From the IMG/VR virus record IMGVR_UViG_3300033170_000462: a DNA stretch of 64,000 nucleotides; one strand, written 5' to 3'. The translations under genes were made by a program, and so were the position numbers. This document shows, one piece after another, positions 9,002 to 18,905 of this stretch. The DNA is from an uncultured virus (IMG/VR IMGVR_UViG_3300033170_000462). Its lineage: Duplodnaviria > Heunggongvirae > Uroviricota > Caudoviricetes. Under the pieces are notes generated by a model that saw only the letters and a list, made by a program, of their open reading frames with translations, was not told the origin of the DNA and did no database searches. Position 1 is the first letter of the stretch. Every line of letters begins with the position of its first letter.

Positions 9002-10511
9002 ACAGCGCCGCATTGAGTTGGTCGAGCGCTTCTCGGACCAACTTTGGCGGCTACATAACCTGTATCACTGCGTAGACGAGGACGGCAAAAAGGTCCCGTT
9101 TCGGCCCAACGCGGCCCAACACAAGCTCATTGACAACCTGTGGTATCTCAACCTGATTTTGAAGGCCCGACAGCTGGGGTTTACGACCTTTCTGGGCATT
9201 TACGGACTGGACCAGGCGCTGTTCAACGACCACTTCTCCGTGGGGATCAACGCCCATACCCGGGAAGACGTGGAGAAGATTCACGAGAAGAAGGTCCAGT
9301 TTCCCTATGACAACCTGCCCGAGGGGTTGCGCCATGCCCGTCCTGCCGACACGGCCAGCGCCAAGAAGCTCAAGTTCGCCAATGGCTCCAGCGTGGAAGT
9401 CGGGACGTCGTTGCGCTCCGGCACCTACCAGATGGTGCATATCTCCGAGTTCGGCAAGTTGTGCGCGAAGTTTCCGGAGAAGGCCCGGGAGATTGTCACC
9501 GGCACCCTGGAAACGGTGCACCCCGGCAACCTGGTCTTTATCGAGAGCACGGCCGAGGGCAACGACGGCTATTTCTACGATTACTGCATGGAGGCGCTGC
9601 GTCGCCAGCAGGCCGGCCGCAAGCCGAACAAGCTGCAGTATCGGCTGCATTTCTTCGCGTGGTTCGAGGACCCGCGCAAGCGGCTCTCCCCGGAAGGCGT
9701 GGTGATATCGCCGGATCTGGTCAAATATTTTGCCGAGGTCGAACAACTGACCGGTGTTCGGCTCGACCCGTTTCAAAAAGCCTGGTACGCCGAAAAGCGC
9801 AGCAAACTACAGGACGATATGACCCGAGAACATCCCAGCTATCCGGAAGAAGCGTTCGCGGCCTCCATCGAGGGCGCCTATCTGGCCAAGCAGATGACGG
9901 CTCTCAGGCAGGCCGGACGCATTGCCAACGTGCCCCATGAACCGGGCCTGCCGGTCAACAGCGCCTGGGACTTCGGTCTGAACGACATGATGTGCATCTG
10001 GTTCCACCAGCGTGTCGGCATGGAAAACCGGGTTATCGGCTACATGAGCGGGGCCGACGATGATGTTTTGTACTACTGGCGGGAAATGCAGCAGCGGGGC
10101 TTCATCTGGGGCCAACACTTTTTGCCGCACGACGCCGGGCACCGGCGCATGGGGTCCTCGAAGAGCGCCGACGAAAAACCGCGCACCATCGAGGAAATCC
10201 TGACGGATGCCGGTATGAAAAACATTGTCGTGGTGCCGATGGTCGACGACAAGTACACGGCGATTCAGGAGACCCGGCAGTTTTTGCCGACCTGCTGGAT
10301 CGACGAAGCCGCCTGCAGTGAGGGCATCAAGTGCCTGGATAACTTCCGTCGGGAGTGGGATGACCACAACGGTTGCTGGAAAAACCGGCCGCGCCACGAT
10401 TGGGCGATGCACGGCTATGACGCCATGGAAACCCTGGCCCGCGGTTATCGCTACGTTCCAGAGGGCAAGGGCAGCCGTCGCCGTTCGCGGGGCAGCTGGA
10501 AAACCACCTGA
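8985..10511 (+). CDS. Terminase large subunit
   Basis: LILKARQLGFTT Walker A, VHISEFG Walker B, FIESTAEG coupling motif, AWDFG nuclease motif, LPHDA. Confidence 0.95.
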   Translation: MARTSKQRRIELVERFSDQLWRLHNLYHCVDEDGKKVPFRPNAAQHKLIDNLWYLNLILKARQLGFTTFLGIYGLDQALFNDHFSVGINAHTREDVEKIHEKKVQFPYDNLPEGLRHARPADTASAKKLKFANGSSVEVGTSLRSGTYQMVHISEFGKLCAKFPEKAREIVTGTLETVHPGNLVFIESTAEGNDGYFYDYCMEALRRQQAGRKPNKLQYRLHFFAWFEDPRKRLSPEGVVISPDLVKYFAEVEQLTGVRLDPFQKAWYAEKRSKLQDDMTREHPSYPEEAFAASIEGAYLAKQMTALRQAGRIANVPHEPGLPVNSAWDFGLNDMMCIWFHQRVGMENRVIGYMSGADDDVLYYWREMQQRGFIWGQHFLPHDAGHRRMGSSKSADEKPRTIEEILTDAGMKNIVVVPMVDDKYTAIQETRQFLPTCWIDEAACSEGIKCLDNFRREWDDHNGCWKNRPRHDWAMHGYDAMETLARGYRYVPEGKGSRRRSRGSWKTT

Positions 10512-10524
10512 GAGGATGCGCCAC

Positions 10525-10731
10525 ATGGCCGAAAACCTGGACAGCCTGTTTACCTATCATCCGCCCAAGGGCGACCAGACGGAACGCTACCAGCGGATCC
10601 GCGAAGCCGGCAAGGCTCTGGCGCGGGAGATTGACGCCTGTTGCCCGGCTGGGTTGGAGCGGGCCGAAGCGCTGGCCAACGTCCGGCAGGCGGTAATGTG
10701 GGCCAATGCCGGGATTGCCTGTCACGAATAA
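10525..10731 (+). CDS. Acb2/Tad1-like helical-hairpin protein (putative anti-defence nucleotide sponge)
   Basis: FTYHPPKGDQTERYQRIR...CPAGLERAEALANVRQAVMWANAGIA matches my recollection of the Acb2/Tad1-like family pattern. Confidence 0.6.
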   Translation: MAENLDSLFTYHPPKGDQTERYQRIREAGKALAREIDACCPAGLERAEALANVRQAVMWANAGIACHE

Positions 10732-10751
10732 CCTGGGAGGAAAGGAAGCCG

Positions 10752-11219
10752 ATGACTGTTGAGCAGATTGCCGAGATTTGTCACGAAGCCATCAGGAAGG
10801 TAAGCCCGGAGATGGATACGCCGTGGGCACGCCTGCCGAAGACCCAGAAGCTGGCAAACGTTGCCGATGTGCAGAAGGCCCTAGACACCGAAAACGTCTA
10901 CCCGGACACGGATGCCGGCGTCGAAATGAAGCTGGTTTGTGGCATCGTCCGCGCCCTGGCGCCGCTGGTGGCGGGCTACGAGGATTTTGGGCGGGCCACG
11001 GGCGAGCCTGAAGGCGAATCTCCCGCCGCGGCGGAGGGTCAAGAAACCCTTGGCGCCTACCTGAACAACCACAACCCGCCCTATCTGGCCATCAAGCGCG
11101 GCGATCGAATGGTCCTCTCGGCCCGTCTGGAGCTCGGCAGTAAGCTGCTGATTAACGGCTCCCTGTTTGATCACCGCGACTACCCGCAGCAAGACGGCGT
11201 GCCCCTGGGGGTGCTGTGA
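10752..11219 (+). CDS. Hypothetical protein (N-terminus resembles phage RyR-domain-associated proteins)
   Basis: EQIAEICHEAIR...PWARLP; strong RBS. Confidence 0.55.
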   Translation: MTVEQIAEICHEAIRKVSPEMDTPWARLPKTQKLANVADVQKALDTENVYPDTDAGVEMKLVCGIVRALAPLVAGYEDFGRATGEPEGESPAAAEGQETLGAYLNNHNPPYLAIKRGDRMVLSARLELGSKLLINGSLFDHRDYPQQDGVPLGVL

Positions 11220-11425
11220 TGCCCATGGCGTTGTTTGGTGCCCGCATCGAGGGCGAGTCCTGCATTCGGATCGGCGAGGTCTGGGAGGTCAACGGCTTCG
11301 CCTGGAAGGTGGTCAAGGTGATCCCCCGCAACCGGATCACGTTGAAACAGCTGGGGCGGATTGAAGAGCGTCGGCCCTTGCTGCCCTGGTGGCGGCGCCT
11401 GTTTGGATGGGTGGTGCGGCGATGA
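11216..11425 (+). CDS. Small hypothetical protein
   Basis: Coupled overlaps with both neighbours. Confidence 0.5.
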   Translation: MMPMALFGARIEGESCIRIGEVWEVNGFAWKVVKVIPRNRITLKQLGRIEERRPLLPWWRRLFGWVVRR

Positions 11426-11823
11426 TACGGCACAGCATTCGGCAGATCGGGGATTTGTCCCACCAGATCGTGCATCTGGCCCTGGACCCGGAGCGCCCCA
11501 GCAAAGAGCAACCGGCGCTGTTCTTGTTCCGGCCCGGCCGCCTGGGACGTTCGGCCATCATCCCCCTGGAGTCGGCCTGGAAATACGACGAGCCGGAAAA
11601 CCGGCAGGCGCAGCTGGCCTGTCTGGAATCGTGCCGCAACATTGCCGTGGCTCTGGATTATCCGCAGGACGAAAGCACCCTGGCGCAGATCGCCATGTAC
11701 ATCCAGGACCATCTGGACGAACTGGTGCACGCTCCCGCCGCTCCGCAGCGCGAACGCCAGGTGGTGGGCACAATCTCCGGTTCCCTCAATGGCCGCAGTT
11801 TTGAACAAACCCTGACGGACTGA
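11422..11823 (+). CDS. Conserved phage hypothetical protein upstream of portal
   Basis: Protein-like ORF with GC3-rich codons and a coupled start. Confidence 0.65.
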   Translation: MIRHSIRQIGDLSHQIVHLALDPERPSKEQPALFLFRPGRLGRSAIIPLESAWKYDEPENRQAQLACLESCRNIAVALDYPQDESTLAQIAMYIQDHLDELVHAPAAPQRERQVVGTISGSLNGRSFEQTLTD

Positions 11824-11830
11824 GGCGACG

Positions 11831-14032
11831 ATGAATCAGGCGCAGATCGAAAACGTGCGGGTGGTCAAAGCCCGTCAGCCCTGGGTGGACGAAGAGGCCG
11901 AGGCTATTGCTGCTGAACCGCAGACCAAGCCGGTCAAGGGAGAATCCCTGGACAGCCCGGAGGTGCAGGAGCGGTTTAAGATGATACTGTGCCGGTTCAT
12001 CGATGAGGTCGACTACCAGGCGGACAACCGCGTTGAAATGGCCATCGACCAGGATTACCGCGACGGCATCCAATGGACCGAGGAGGAAATTCGGGAGCTG
12101 CGTGAACGCAATCAGGCGCCATTGGTGTTCAACAAGATCAAACCGGCCATTGCCTGGATCGTCGGCAGCGAGAAGCGTGCCCGGGTGGATTTCAAGGTGG
12201 TGCCGAGGGGCAAGGAGGACGGACCGGGGGCCGAAGCCAAGACGAAACTGATGAAGTACGTCCACGACGTCAACCGGCAGCGCTCGGTTTGGTCGAGGGC
12301 CTTTGATGATTCGGTAACCGCTGGCGTCGGCTGGGTGGAAGAGGGTCTGAATCCGAACCCGCTGGAAGAGAAACTGGTGGTGCGCTACGAAAACTGGCGC
12401 AACGTCCGCTATGACCATCTGAGCGTGGAGCCGGACTTGAGCGATTCCCGCTATCTGTTCCGCTCCAAGGCCATTGATCTGGACCTGGCCAAGCTGCTGT
12501 TTCCCAAACATACCGCCATGCTGGAGTTGGCCGCCGAGGACCAGGCGTATCTGACCGGCATGGACGATGACGAATTGCGCACGCCCGGCGAGGTCCGCAC
12601 CGCCTATGTGGACAATGTGCCAAACGGAGACGGCACCCGCAGGCAGCGAGTGCGACTGGTGGAGTGCTGGTACAAACAGCCGCAGGTGGTGTCGATTCTG
12701 GGCGGCAACGGACCGTGGCGCGGGTGCTGGTTCAACAAACAGGACTCGGTTCTGCTGTGGGCGGTGGAAAACGGCCTGGCACCCATCGTCGGCACGCGCA
12801 TGATGATGATCATGCGGCACATGATTTTCACCGCCCCGTCTGGAATGGAATCGGTGGACAAGCCCTTTGACGGCCTGCTGCTGTTCGACGCGCCGATGCT
12901 CTACTGGCACAACCGTTTTCCGCTGACGCCCGTCTGGGGCTACCGCCGCAAGCGCGACAATGCCCCCTATGGCGAGGTGCGCAATCTGCGGGATCCGCAA
13001 AGCGACCTCAACAAGGCCAGGTCCAAAGCTCAATTCATCCTGGCAACCAATCAGGTGATCATGGATGAGGGCGCAGTGGATGACGTGGACGAACTGGCCG
13101 AAGAGGTGGCGCGGCCGGACGGCATCATCACCAAAAAGCCCGGCAAGCACCTGGAGATCCGCAACGACAAGGTTCTGGCGGAAGAATACGTCAGCCTGAT
13201 GCAGCAGGACGAGCGCTATATCTCCGAAGTGTCCGGCGTCACGGACGAACTGATGGGACGCAGGACCAATGCGGTCAGCGGTGCGGCCATTGAGCGACGG
13301 CAGGAGCAGGGGAGCGTCACAACCCTGACCCTGTTCGACAACCTGCAGCTGGCCCGGCTGATCTCTGGCGAGAAACAGCTCTCCCTCATCGAGCAGTATT
13401 ACGACGAGACCAAAACCTTCCGCCTGCTCAACGAGCGCGGGGTTCCGGAATACACCACGGTCAACGAACCGGACGAGGACGGCGAACTGCTCAACCCCAT
13501 CACCTCAGCCAAGGCGGATTTCATCATCGATGAGCAGGCGTACCAGACCAGTGTGCGCCAGGCCATGCATCAAACCCTGATGGATCTGATCACGGCTCTG
13601 GCACAGGGCGGCATGGGCAATGTGGCGTTGGCCCTGCTCGATGTAGCCCTGGAGATGGCGGACATCCCGTTGCGCGACGAGGTGGTGGCGCGGGTGCGCA
13701 AAATTACCGGGCAGCGGCCGGACGACGAGGACCTGAGCGACGAAGAGCGGCAGGCCCTGGACGCGCAGCAGAAGCAGGAAGCGGAACTGTCGGCCCGTAA
13801 GGTGATGGCGGAATTGGAAACCATCGAGGGCAAGGCCAAGGAAGCCATGGCCAAGGGTAGCGCGGCCACCGCCAAGGCGATACGGGAAAAGCTCGACGCC
13901 ATGAAGCAAAGCCTGGAGATTGCCACGGCCCTGCAGGCAGCCCCGGCGCTGGGACCGATGGCGGATGAAATCATGGACGACGGAGCGCGGGGCATTCCGG
14001 CCCCACAGGCTCCGCAAACCCCGCAACCATAG
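11831..14032 (+). CDS. Portal protein, P22-like
   Basis: 733 aa; DYRDGIQW...LRERNQAPLVFNKIKP, RNLRDPQSDLNKARS, SGAAIERRQEQG. Confidence 0.92.
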   Translation: MNQAQIENVRVVKARQPWVDEEAEAIAAEPQTKPVKGESLDSPEVQERFKMILCRFIDEVDYQADNRVEMAIDQDYRDGIQWTEEEIRELRERNQAPLVFNKIKPAIAWIVGSEKRARVDFKVVPRGKEDGPGAEAKTKLMKYVHDVNRQRSVWSRAFDDSVTAGVGWVEEGLNPNPLEEKLVVRYENWRNVRYDHLSVEPDLSDSRYLFRSKAIDLDLAKLLFPKHTAMLELAAEDQAYLTGMDDDELRTPGEVRTAYVDNVPNGDGTRRQRVRLVECWYKQPQVVSILGGNGPWRGCWFNKQDSVLLWAVENGLAPIVGTRMMMIMRHMIFTAPSGMESVDKPFDGLLLFDAPMLYWHNRFPLTPVWGYRRKRDNAPYGEVRNLRDPQSDLNKARSKAQFILATNQVIMDEGAVDDVDELAEEVARPDGIITKKPGKHLEIRNDKVLAEEYVSLMQQDERYISEVSGVTDELMGRRTNAVSGAAIERRQEQGSVTTLTLFDNLQLARLISGEKQLSLIEQYYDETKTFRLLNERGVPEYTTVNEPDEDGELLNPITSAKADFIIDEQAYQTSVRQAMHQTLMDLITALAQGGMGNVALALLDVALEMADIPLRDEVVARVRKITGQRPDDEDLSDEERQALDAQQKQEAELSARKVMAELETIEGKAKEAMAKGSAATAKAIREKLDAMKQSLEIATALQAAPALGPMADEIMDDGARGIPAPQAPQTPQP

Positions 14033-14048
14033 GGAAGGGAGAAAAGGA

Positions 14049-14354
14049 ATGTCTCTGGGATGTTGTTCGGCGGAACAGAAGTCAAGAACGGTGAGCCACG
14101 AGGGGAGCCAGCCGCCGGCCAAGTTGGCGCTGTGCCGGATTGAGGACGCCAGCGAAATGGTGCTGGGACGTCTGACGGAGCTGGAAGCCCAACTGTACGG
14201 GGTGCTGAAACCGGAACCGCCTAACCCGGTCGGAGAAGAGCCGTGCATGGTGACCGGGCAGTCGCCCCTGGTACTGAGCCTGGTGGAGCATGAAGCGCGC
14301 CTGAACGGTGTCGGCTATCGCCTGCAGCGCCTGATTCAGCGGCTGGAAATTTAA
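14049..14354 (+). CDS. Hypothetical protein
   Basis: Purine-rich RBS; coiled-coil-like sequence. Confidence 0.5.
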   Translation: MSLGCCSAEQKSRTVSHEGSQPPAKLALCRIEDASEMVLGRLTELEAQLYGVLKPEPPNPVGEEPCMVTGQSPLVLSLVEHEARLNGVGYRLQRLIQRLEI

Positions 14355-14380
14355 CCCTCAAACAACAGGGAACAAAAGAT

Positions 14381-14677
14381 ATGGAAAAGACTCTCGGCAA
14401 CACCGATGTAAACGGAGCACGAAAGAACGTCAAGGATATCGTGGTGTTTGGGAACGGGGACGCCTTCCAGTTGCTTTGCAAAGCTTCCAGCCAGAAGGAA
14501 GGCTGGATGAAAAGCACAAAAGCAATGGAGGTTCCAGGTGGCTGTGTAGTCCAGGTGACCACCCACCAACGCAACCATGATGGAACCAACGCTGTGGCCG
14601 AAGCTGTAACGTTTGTTCCAGGCGTAAAAATAGCCGACGACCCTGATTTCGGCGGTCGAAAGCTTGTAGGCATCTAG
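14381..14677 (+). CDS. Conserved phage hypothetical protein
   Basis: 98 aa beta-rich ORF (GWMKSTKAMEVPGGCVVQVTT); lower GC than its neighbours. Confidence 0.7.
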   Translation: MEKTLGNTDVNGARKNVKDIVVFGNGDAFQLLCKASSQKEGWMKSTKAMEVPGGCVVQVTTHQRNHDGTNAVAEAVTFVPGVKIADDPDFGGRKLVGI

Positions 14678-14729
14678 CGAAAAAGGCTGGGCTACGATAG
14701 CAAACCTCAACCACAAGGAGTAACGGAGC

Positions 14730-15746
14730 ATGAGCACCCACGGATACAGCGAAGAAGACCTGGCCGCATTGACTGACGAGGAACGCGCCGCCATCGAGGC
14801 CGAAGTGGACGACACCGAACTGACGGCGACGGCTTCGCCGGTGGATCTGCCGGGCGAGGAAGAAGAGGACGAGCCCCCGACAGGCGATACCGACCAGGCC
14901 AAAAAGACCGATGAGCCCCCGGTCAAACCGGAAGGCGACGAACCCCCGGCGGACTTGGGCGATGCCGACCAGGAGAGGAAGCCCGGCGGAGAGGACGCGC
15001 CGCCCGAAGGCGACGAGCCCCCGGCGGACTTGGGCGATGCCGACCAGGAGAGGAAGCCCGGCGGAGAGGACGCGCCGCCCGAAGGCGACGAGCCCCCGGC
15101 GGAGAAGGACGAACAGGGCGGACCGGAATATGTCGACAAGGACGAACCGGTCAACCCCTTTGATTATTCCGACGAGGCCAAGGGCCAGATCAAGGAGTTG
15201 CGGGCGCAGCTGGACAGCGGCGACCTGTCCCCGGCGGAATATGAGGAAAAGGCCGATGCCATCCGCTCGGAAGATTACCGCCAGCGCCTGCAGCTGAACG
15301 AGAACCAGCGCTGGGGCCGGGCGGTCCACGCCTATCTCGCCAGCCACGAGGACTACCAGGCGGACAAGAACCCGGTGCGGTTCGCGGCCCTGGACGGCGA
15401 AGTCCGGCGCCTGGCCAACAGCGTGGAAATTGACGGGTTGACCCATATTCAGATTCTGGACAAGGCCCGCAAGAACGTGGAAAAGGCGTTCGGCGTGCCG
15501 ACACCCAAGGCGACCGGGGACGATGTGCCCCCGGCGGGCAAGGAAAAGACCGCGCCCCCACCGAAGCCCAAAGCTCAAGTTCCGGATGTTCCGAACCTGG
15601 GGGATCTGCCGGCCGCCGGAGTGGAAAACCCGAAGGGGACCGGAGGGGAGTTCGCCCATCTGGACAAGCTGACCGGCGCGGACCTGGAGGCGGCGCTGGA
15701 AAAGCTGACGCCGACCCAGCAAGATCGCTATCTGGCAGGGAGGTAA
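14730..15746 (+). CDS. Capsid scaffolding protein (putative)
   Basis: Highly acidic, lies between portal and capsid, basic/helical C-terminus. Confidence 0.75.
   Translation: MSTHGYSEEDLAALTDEERAAIEAEVDDTELTATASPVDLPGEEEEDEPPTGDTDQAKKTDEPPVKPEGDEPPADLGDADQERKPGGEDAPPEGDEPPADLGDADQERKPGGEDAPPEGDEPPAEKDEQGGPEYVDKDEPVNPFDYSDEAKGQIKELRAQLDSGDLSPAEYEEKADAIRSEDYRQRLQLNENQRWGRAVHAYLASHEDYQADKNPVRFAALDGEVRRLANSVEIDGLTHIQILDKARKNVEKAFGVPTPKATGDDVPPAGKEKTAPPPKPKAQVPDVPNLGDLPAAGVENPKGTGGEFAHLDKLTGADLEAALEKLTPTQQDRYLAGR
14928..15103 (+). repeat. 75-bp in-frame tandem duplication (about 2.3 copies)
   Basis: PEGDEPPADLGDADQERKPGGEDAP repeated, with units at 14931, 15006 and 15081. Confidence 0.9.
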
Positions 15747-15750
15747 CACA

Positions 15751-15924
15751 GTGACGTGCAGGCTGTTCCTGGATTTGCGCCCCGGCGAGGCGATCCGCAT
15801 CGGCGGGGCGCGGGTGGCCATCGAAGAAAAAAGCGGCCAGCGGGTCAGGCTGCGCGTGGAAGCCGAGGGGTCCGTCCCGATCGTGCGGGACGATATCAAA
15901 ATCAAGCAGAACCCGGGCCGATGA
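15751..15924 (+). CDS. CsrA/RsmA-like small protein (57 aa, not in ORF track)
   Basis: GGGAGG RBS and GTG. MTCRLFLDLRPGEAIRIGGARVAIEEKSGQRVRLRVEAEGSVPIVRDDIK aligns by eye with the CsrA beta-strand pattern. Confidence 0.65.
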   Translation: MTCRLFLDLRPGEAIRIGGARVAIEEKSGQRVRLRVEAEGSVPIVRDDIKIKQNPGR

Positions 15925-15978
15925 CGGCTCAACCAATTACCTTGGCGCTGGAGTGCCGCAGAGAAAGGAGTCACACCC

Positions 15979-17088
15979 ATGGCAAGAACCATCGTTGGCC
16001 TGGGCGACGCCAAGGCGGTCAAACGGTACTCCGGCATGTTGGCCGTCGACGTTGCTCGACAAAACCCCTGGAACCGGAAATACATCGGTAAGGGGGAGGA
16101 AGCCCAAGCGCCCATCGTGCAGCTGGACGAACTGCAGAGCGATGCGGGCGAACAGATCACCTATGACCTGTCGGTCCAGCTCCGGCAGAAGCCCATCGAG
16201 GGCGACAACAAACAGCGTGGTACCGAAGAGGGCCTGCGCTTCTACTCCGACTCCGTGTACATCGACCAGATGCGCGGCGGGGTCAATGGCGGCGGCCGGA
16301 TGACCCGTAAACGGACCCTGCACTCCATGCGCAACGTGGCCAAGGCGCGCATGGCGGAATGGTGGGCACGGGCGTTCGCGGAGTGCATCTTCATGTACCT
16401 CTCCGGCGCTCGCGGCGTGAACGACGATTTCGTTTACGACACCGACTGGACCGGTCGCGCCAACAACAGCCTGTCGGCTCCGGACGCCTACCATATCCGC
16501 TATGCGGGCGGCAAGGCGAAGAACAGCATCACCACCGGCGACAAGATGGCGCTGAGTGAAATCGATGCGGTGCTGACGTCGGTGAAGCTGATGGGCGGCG
16601 GCACCAAGGGCATTCCGAAACTGCAGCCGATCCTGATCAACGGCGAGAAGCACTTCGTCTGCATGATGAACCCGCAGCAGGCGCAGGACCTGCGCACCAA
16701 CGCCGGCACCGGCCAGTGGCTGGATATTCAGAAGGCCGCCGTGACCGCACAGGGCAAGGATAACCCCATCTTCAAGGGCGGTCTCGGCATGTACAACAAT
16801 GTCGTGCTGCAGGAGGAAGAGGGCATCATCCGCTTTGGCGATTACGGCAACCCGGCCACCGTCGCTGCGGCCCGCGCTTTGTTCCTGGGCCGCCAGGCGG
16901 GTGCGGTGGCGTTCGGCTCCAAGGGCGGCGTGGGTCTGCGCTTCGACTGGTACGAGGGCACCGAAGACAACGACAACGAGATCATCATCTCCACGTCGTG
17001 CATCTGGGGCTTCAAAAAGTGCACCTTCAACGGTCTCGACTTCGGCATTTACGCCATCGATACCGCCGCCGCCGCTCCGACGGCCTAA
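15979..17088 (+). CDS. Major capsid protein, N4-gp56/DUF4043 type
   Basis: 369 aa; ELQSDAGEQITYDL, GGRMTRKRTLH, NPIFKGGLGMYNNVVL, ARALFLGRQA. Confidence 0.9.
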   Translation: MARTIVGLGDAKAVKRYSGMLAVDVARQNPWNRKYIGKGEEAQAPIVQLDELQSDAGEQITYDLSVQLRQKPIEGDNKQRGTEEGLRFYSDSVYIDQMRGGVNGGGRMTRKRTLHSMRNVAKARMAEWWARAFAECIFMYLSGARGVNDDFVYDTDWTGRANNSLSAPDAYHIRYAGGKAKNSITTGDKMALSEIDAVLTSVKLMGGGTKGIPKLQPILINGEKHFVCMMNPQQAQDLRTNAGTGQWLDIQKAAVTAQGKDNPIFKGGLGMYNNVVLQEEEGIIRFGDYGNPATVAAARALFLGRQAGAVAFGSKGGVGLRFDWYEGTEDNDNEIIISTSCIWGFKKCTFNGLDFGIYAIDTAAAAPTA

Positions 17089-17147
17089 CCCACAAACGTA
17101 GCGCCCCGGTATGAGCCCGGGGCCTTCCTTAAAGAAGGAGGAACGAC

Positions 17148-17591
17148 ATGCCTCTGTTTACTGCCAAAAGCGTGTTGCAACCCCCGATCACCGGCGGTCA
17201 GGCCGGAGTGGTGGTGCAAAACGAGGGCGAAGTCAGCCTGCCCAATACCCTGGCGGCCAACGATATTGTTCAGCTGGCCATTTTGCCGGCCGGGCACAAG
17301 CCGGTGGACGCCATTCTGGAAGCCGACGACCTGGACACCAACGGCAACCCGACCATCACCGTTTCCATAGGCGTGATCAATTCCGGCGGTACGGATCTGG
17401 TCGCCGATACCAATTTCCTGACCGACTCGACCGTCGCGCAGGCCGGCGGCGTGGCCCGAGCGGCCGTCCTCAAGGGCTTGCAGTTGGCCGCGACCGGTTC
17501 CGATCGGATCATCGGCGCCAAGATTACGACCGTGGCGGCGACCAAAGCGGCCGGGAAGCTGCGGCTCAAGCTGCTCTCGGTCCCGGCATAA
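17148..17591 (+). CDS. Putative capsid cement/decoration protein
   Basis: Beta-rich 147 aa ORF directly after the capsid gene; AAGGAGG RBS. Confidence 0.65.
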   Translation: MPLFTAKSVLQPPITGGQAGVVVQNEGEVSLPNTLAANDIVQLAILPAGHKPVDAILEADDLDTNGNPTITVSIGVINSGGTDLVADTNFLTDSTVAQAGGVARAAVLKGLQLAATGSDRIIGAKITTVAATKAAGKLRLKLLSVPA

Positions 17592-17657
17592 CCATCGTTA
17601 CGTTGAACCCGGAAGGGGCGGGGGACCTCTCGCCCCTTCAGTTCAGGAGGACTACCC

Positions 17658-18101
17658 ATGATTCTGGAATGCTTGATCCAACGGGACGGACCCACCCATT
17701 TGACGCTGGACAAGTTCAACTATTGCTTCAAGGAAAACCCCGACTTCGCCGGGGCCGTGGTCTGCGACGTGACCAATGATGCGCATGCGGCGCTGCTACT
17801 GGCGACGGGCATGTATCGCAAATACTCCGGAGAGCGGCCGACGGTCAGCCCGGACCCGCTGCCCCTGACAGAAGACGAGGAGACCGATGACGAGGGCTCG
17901 GAACAAACTCCCGAAGAAATTCGGACGGAGGGCGCCGTAGAGGCCGAGCCCGGCGAAGCGTTGGCCATGACCGATGAGGACCGGGACAAGGCGGTGCTCG
18001 ACATGGCTGCCGCCAACATGAGCTATACCAAAATTGCGGAGGTGGTGGGCAAGAGCAAAAGCTGGGTTGCCAACCGCCTCAAGATTCTCAAGAAAGGGTA
18101 G
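17658..18101 (+). CDS. Hypothetical protein with C-terminal HTH
   Basis: AGGAGG RBS; MSYTKIAEVVGKSKSWVANRLK. Confidence 0.7.
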   Translation: MILECLIQRDGPTHLTLDKFNYCFKENPDFAGAVVCDVTNDAHAALLLATGMYRKYSGERPTVSPDPLPLTEDEETDDEGSEQTPEEIRTEGAVEAEPGEALAMTDEDRDKAVLDMAAANMSYTKIAEVVGKSKSWVANRLKILKKG

Positions 18102-18251
18102 CGCCCATGGCCATCAACTGCCGCAGCTGCAAGCATCGGCATCGTGAAAGCCGGGATCCGCATTGCGAGCCGTGCGCCCGCCTGGCCACCGGAGAACGGG
18201 CGGTGGTCTACACCCGCTGGGAGCGCGCCGACGCGCCGGAGGGCACCACCC

Positions 18252-18587
18252 ATGAACAAGCCTGACATGCGCGGTGCCGGGGCCAAGTTCGACCAGGGCA
18301 AGCCCCACATGCATTCGGTGTTGCGATATTTCCCCCGGGCGTTGGAAGCGGTAGCCCGCGTCAACGAACACGGCGCAGAGAACCACGGCTGGGACACCTG
18401 GCACACCATCGAGGACGCCAAGGCCCGCTACGATGATGCGCGCTTGCGGCACGATCTGGCCGATGCCAGCGGCGATCTGTTCGACGATGAATCGGCGCTG
18501 CTGCATGCTGCCCATCGAGCCTGGGGCAATCTGGCGGTATTGGAACTGATGTTGCGGGAGATGGAGCAGAATGGCGACCGTCGTTGA
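18252..18587 (+). CDS. dATP/dGTP diphosphohydrolase-like protein (DUF5664)
   Basis: GAKFDQGKP...ALEAVARVNEHGA...RYDDARLRH...DDESALLHAAHRAW. Confidence 0.75.
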   Translation: MNKPDMRGAGAKFDQGKPHMHSVLRYFPRALEAVARVNEHGAENHGWDTWHTIEDAKARYDDARLRHDLADASGDLFDDESALLHAAHRAWGNLAVLELMLREMEQNGDRR

Positions 18588-18867
18588 CTTACAGGCGGAA
18601 AAGCTGGCCAGGGATGACCACCTTACCGGCCCCGCCAGATGTATCGCCTGTGGGCACCAATGGCAGGCCGTAACGCCCGCCGGAGAGTTTGACGCCTTTG
18701 AATGCCCCAGCTGCCATCTGCACAAAGGTGTTTTGGTTTACGGAGTCATGCCGGAAAGCTGGTGGGAATGCGGTTGTGGATGCTGCCTGTTTTCTGTCAG
18801 TGGCATTACCGGGGATATCGTCTGCTGGCAGTGCGGAACGGCACAGATGTTCCCTGAGAACAGTTGA
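18571..18867 (+). CDS. Cys-rich zinc-binding protein
   Basis: Four CxxC/CxC pairs. Confidence 0.65.
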   Translation: MATVVDLQAEKLARDDHLTGPARCIACGHQWQAVTPAGEFDAFECPSCHLHKGVLVYGVMPESWWECGCGCCLFSVSGITGDIVCWQCGTAQMFPENS

Positions 18868-18905
18868 GAAGGGGGAAAGCAAGTGACTGATAAGGGCGAA
18901 ATCCG

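Noticed and set aside
5288..15103. CRISPR array from the 15-bp and 75-bp repeats
   Set aside because: Both are spacer-less tandem repeats inside coding sequence, and there are no cas genes.
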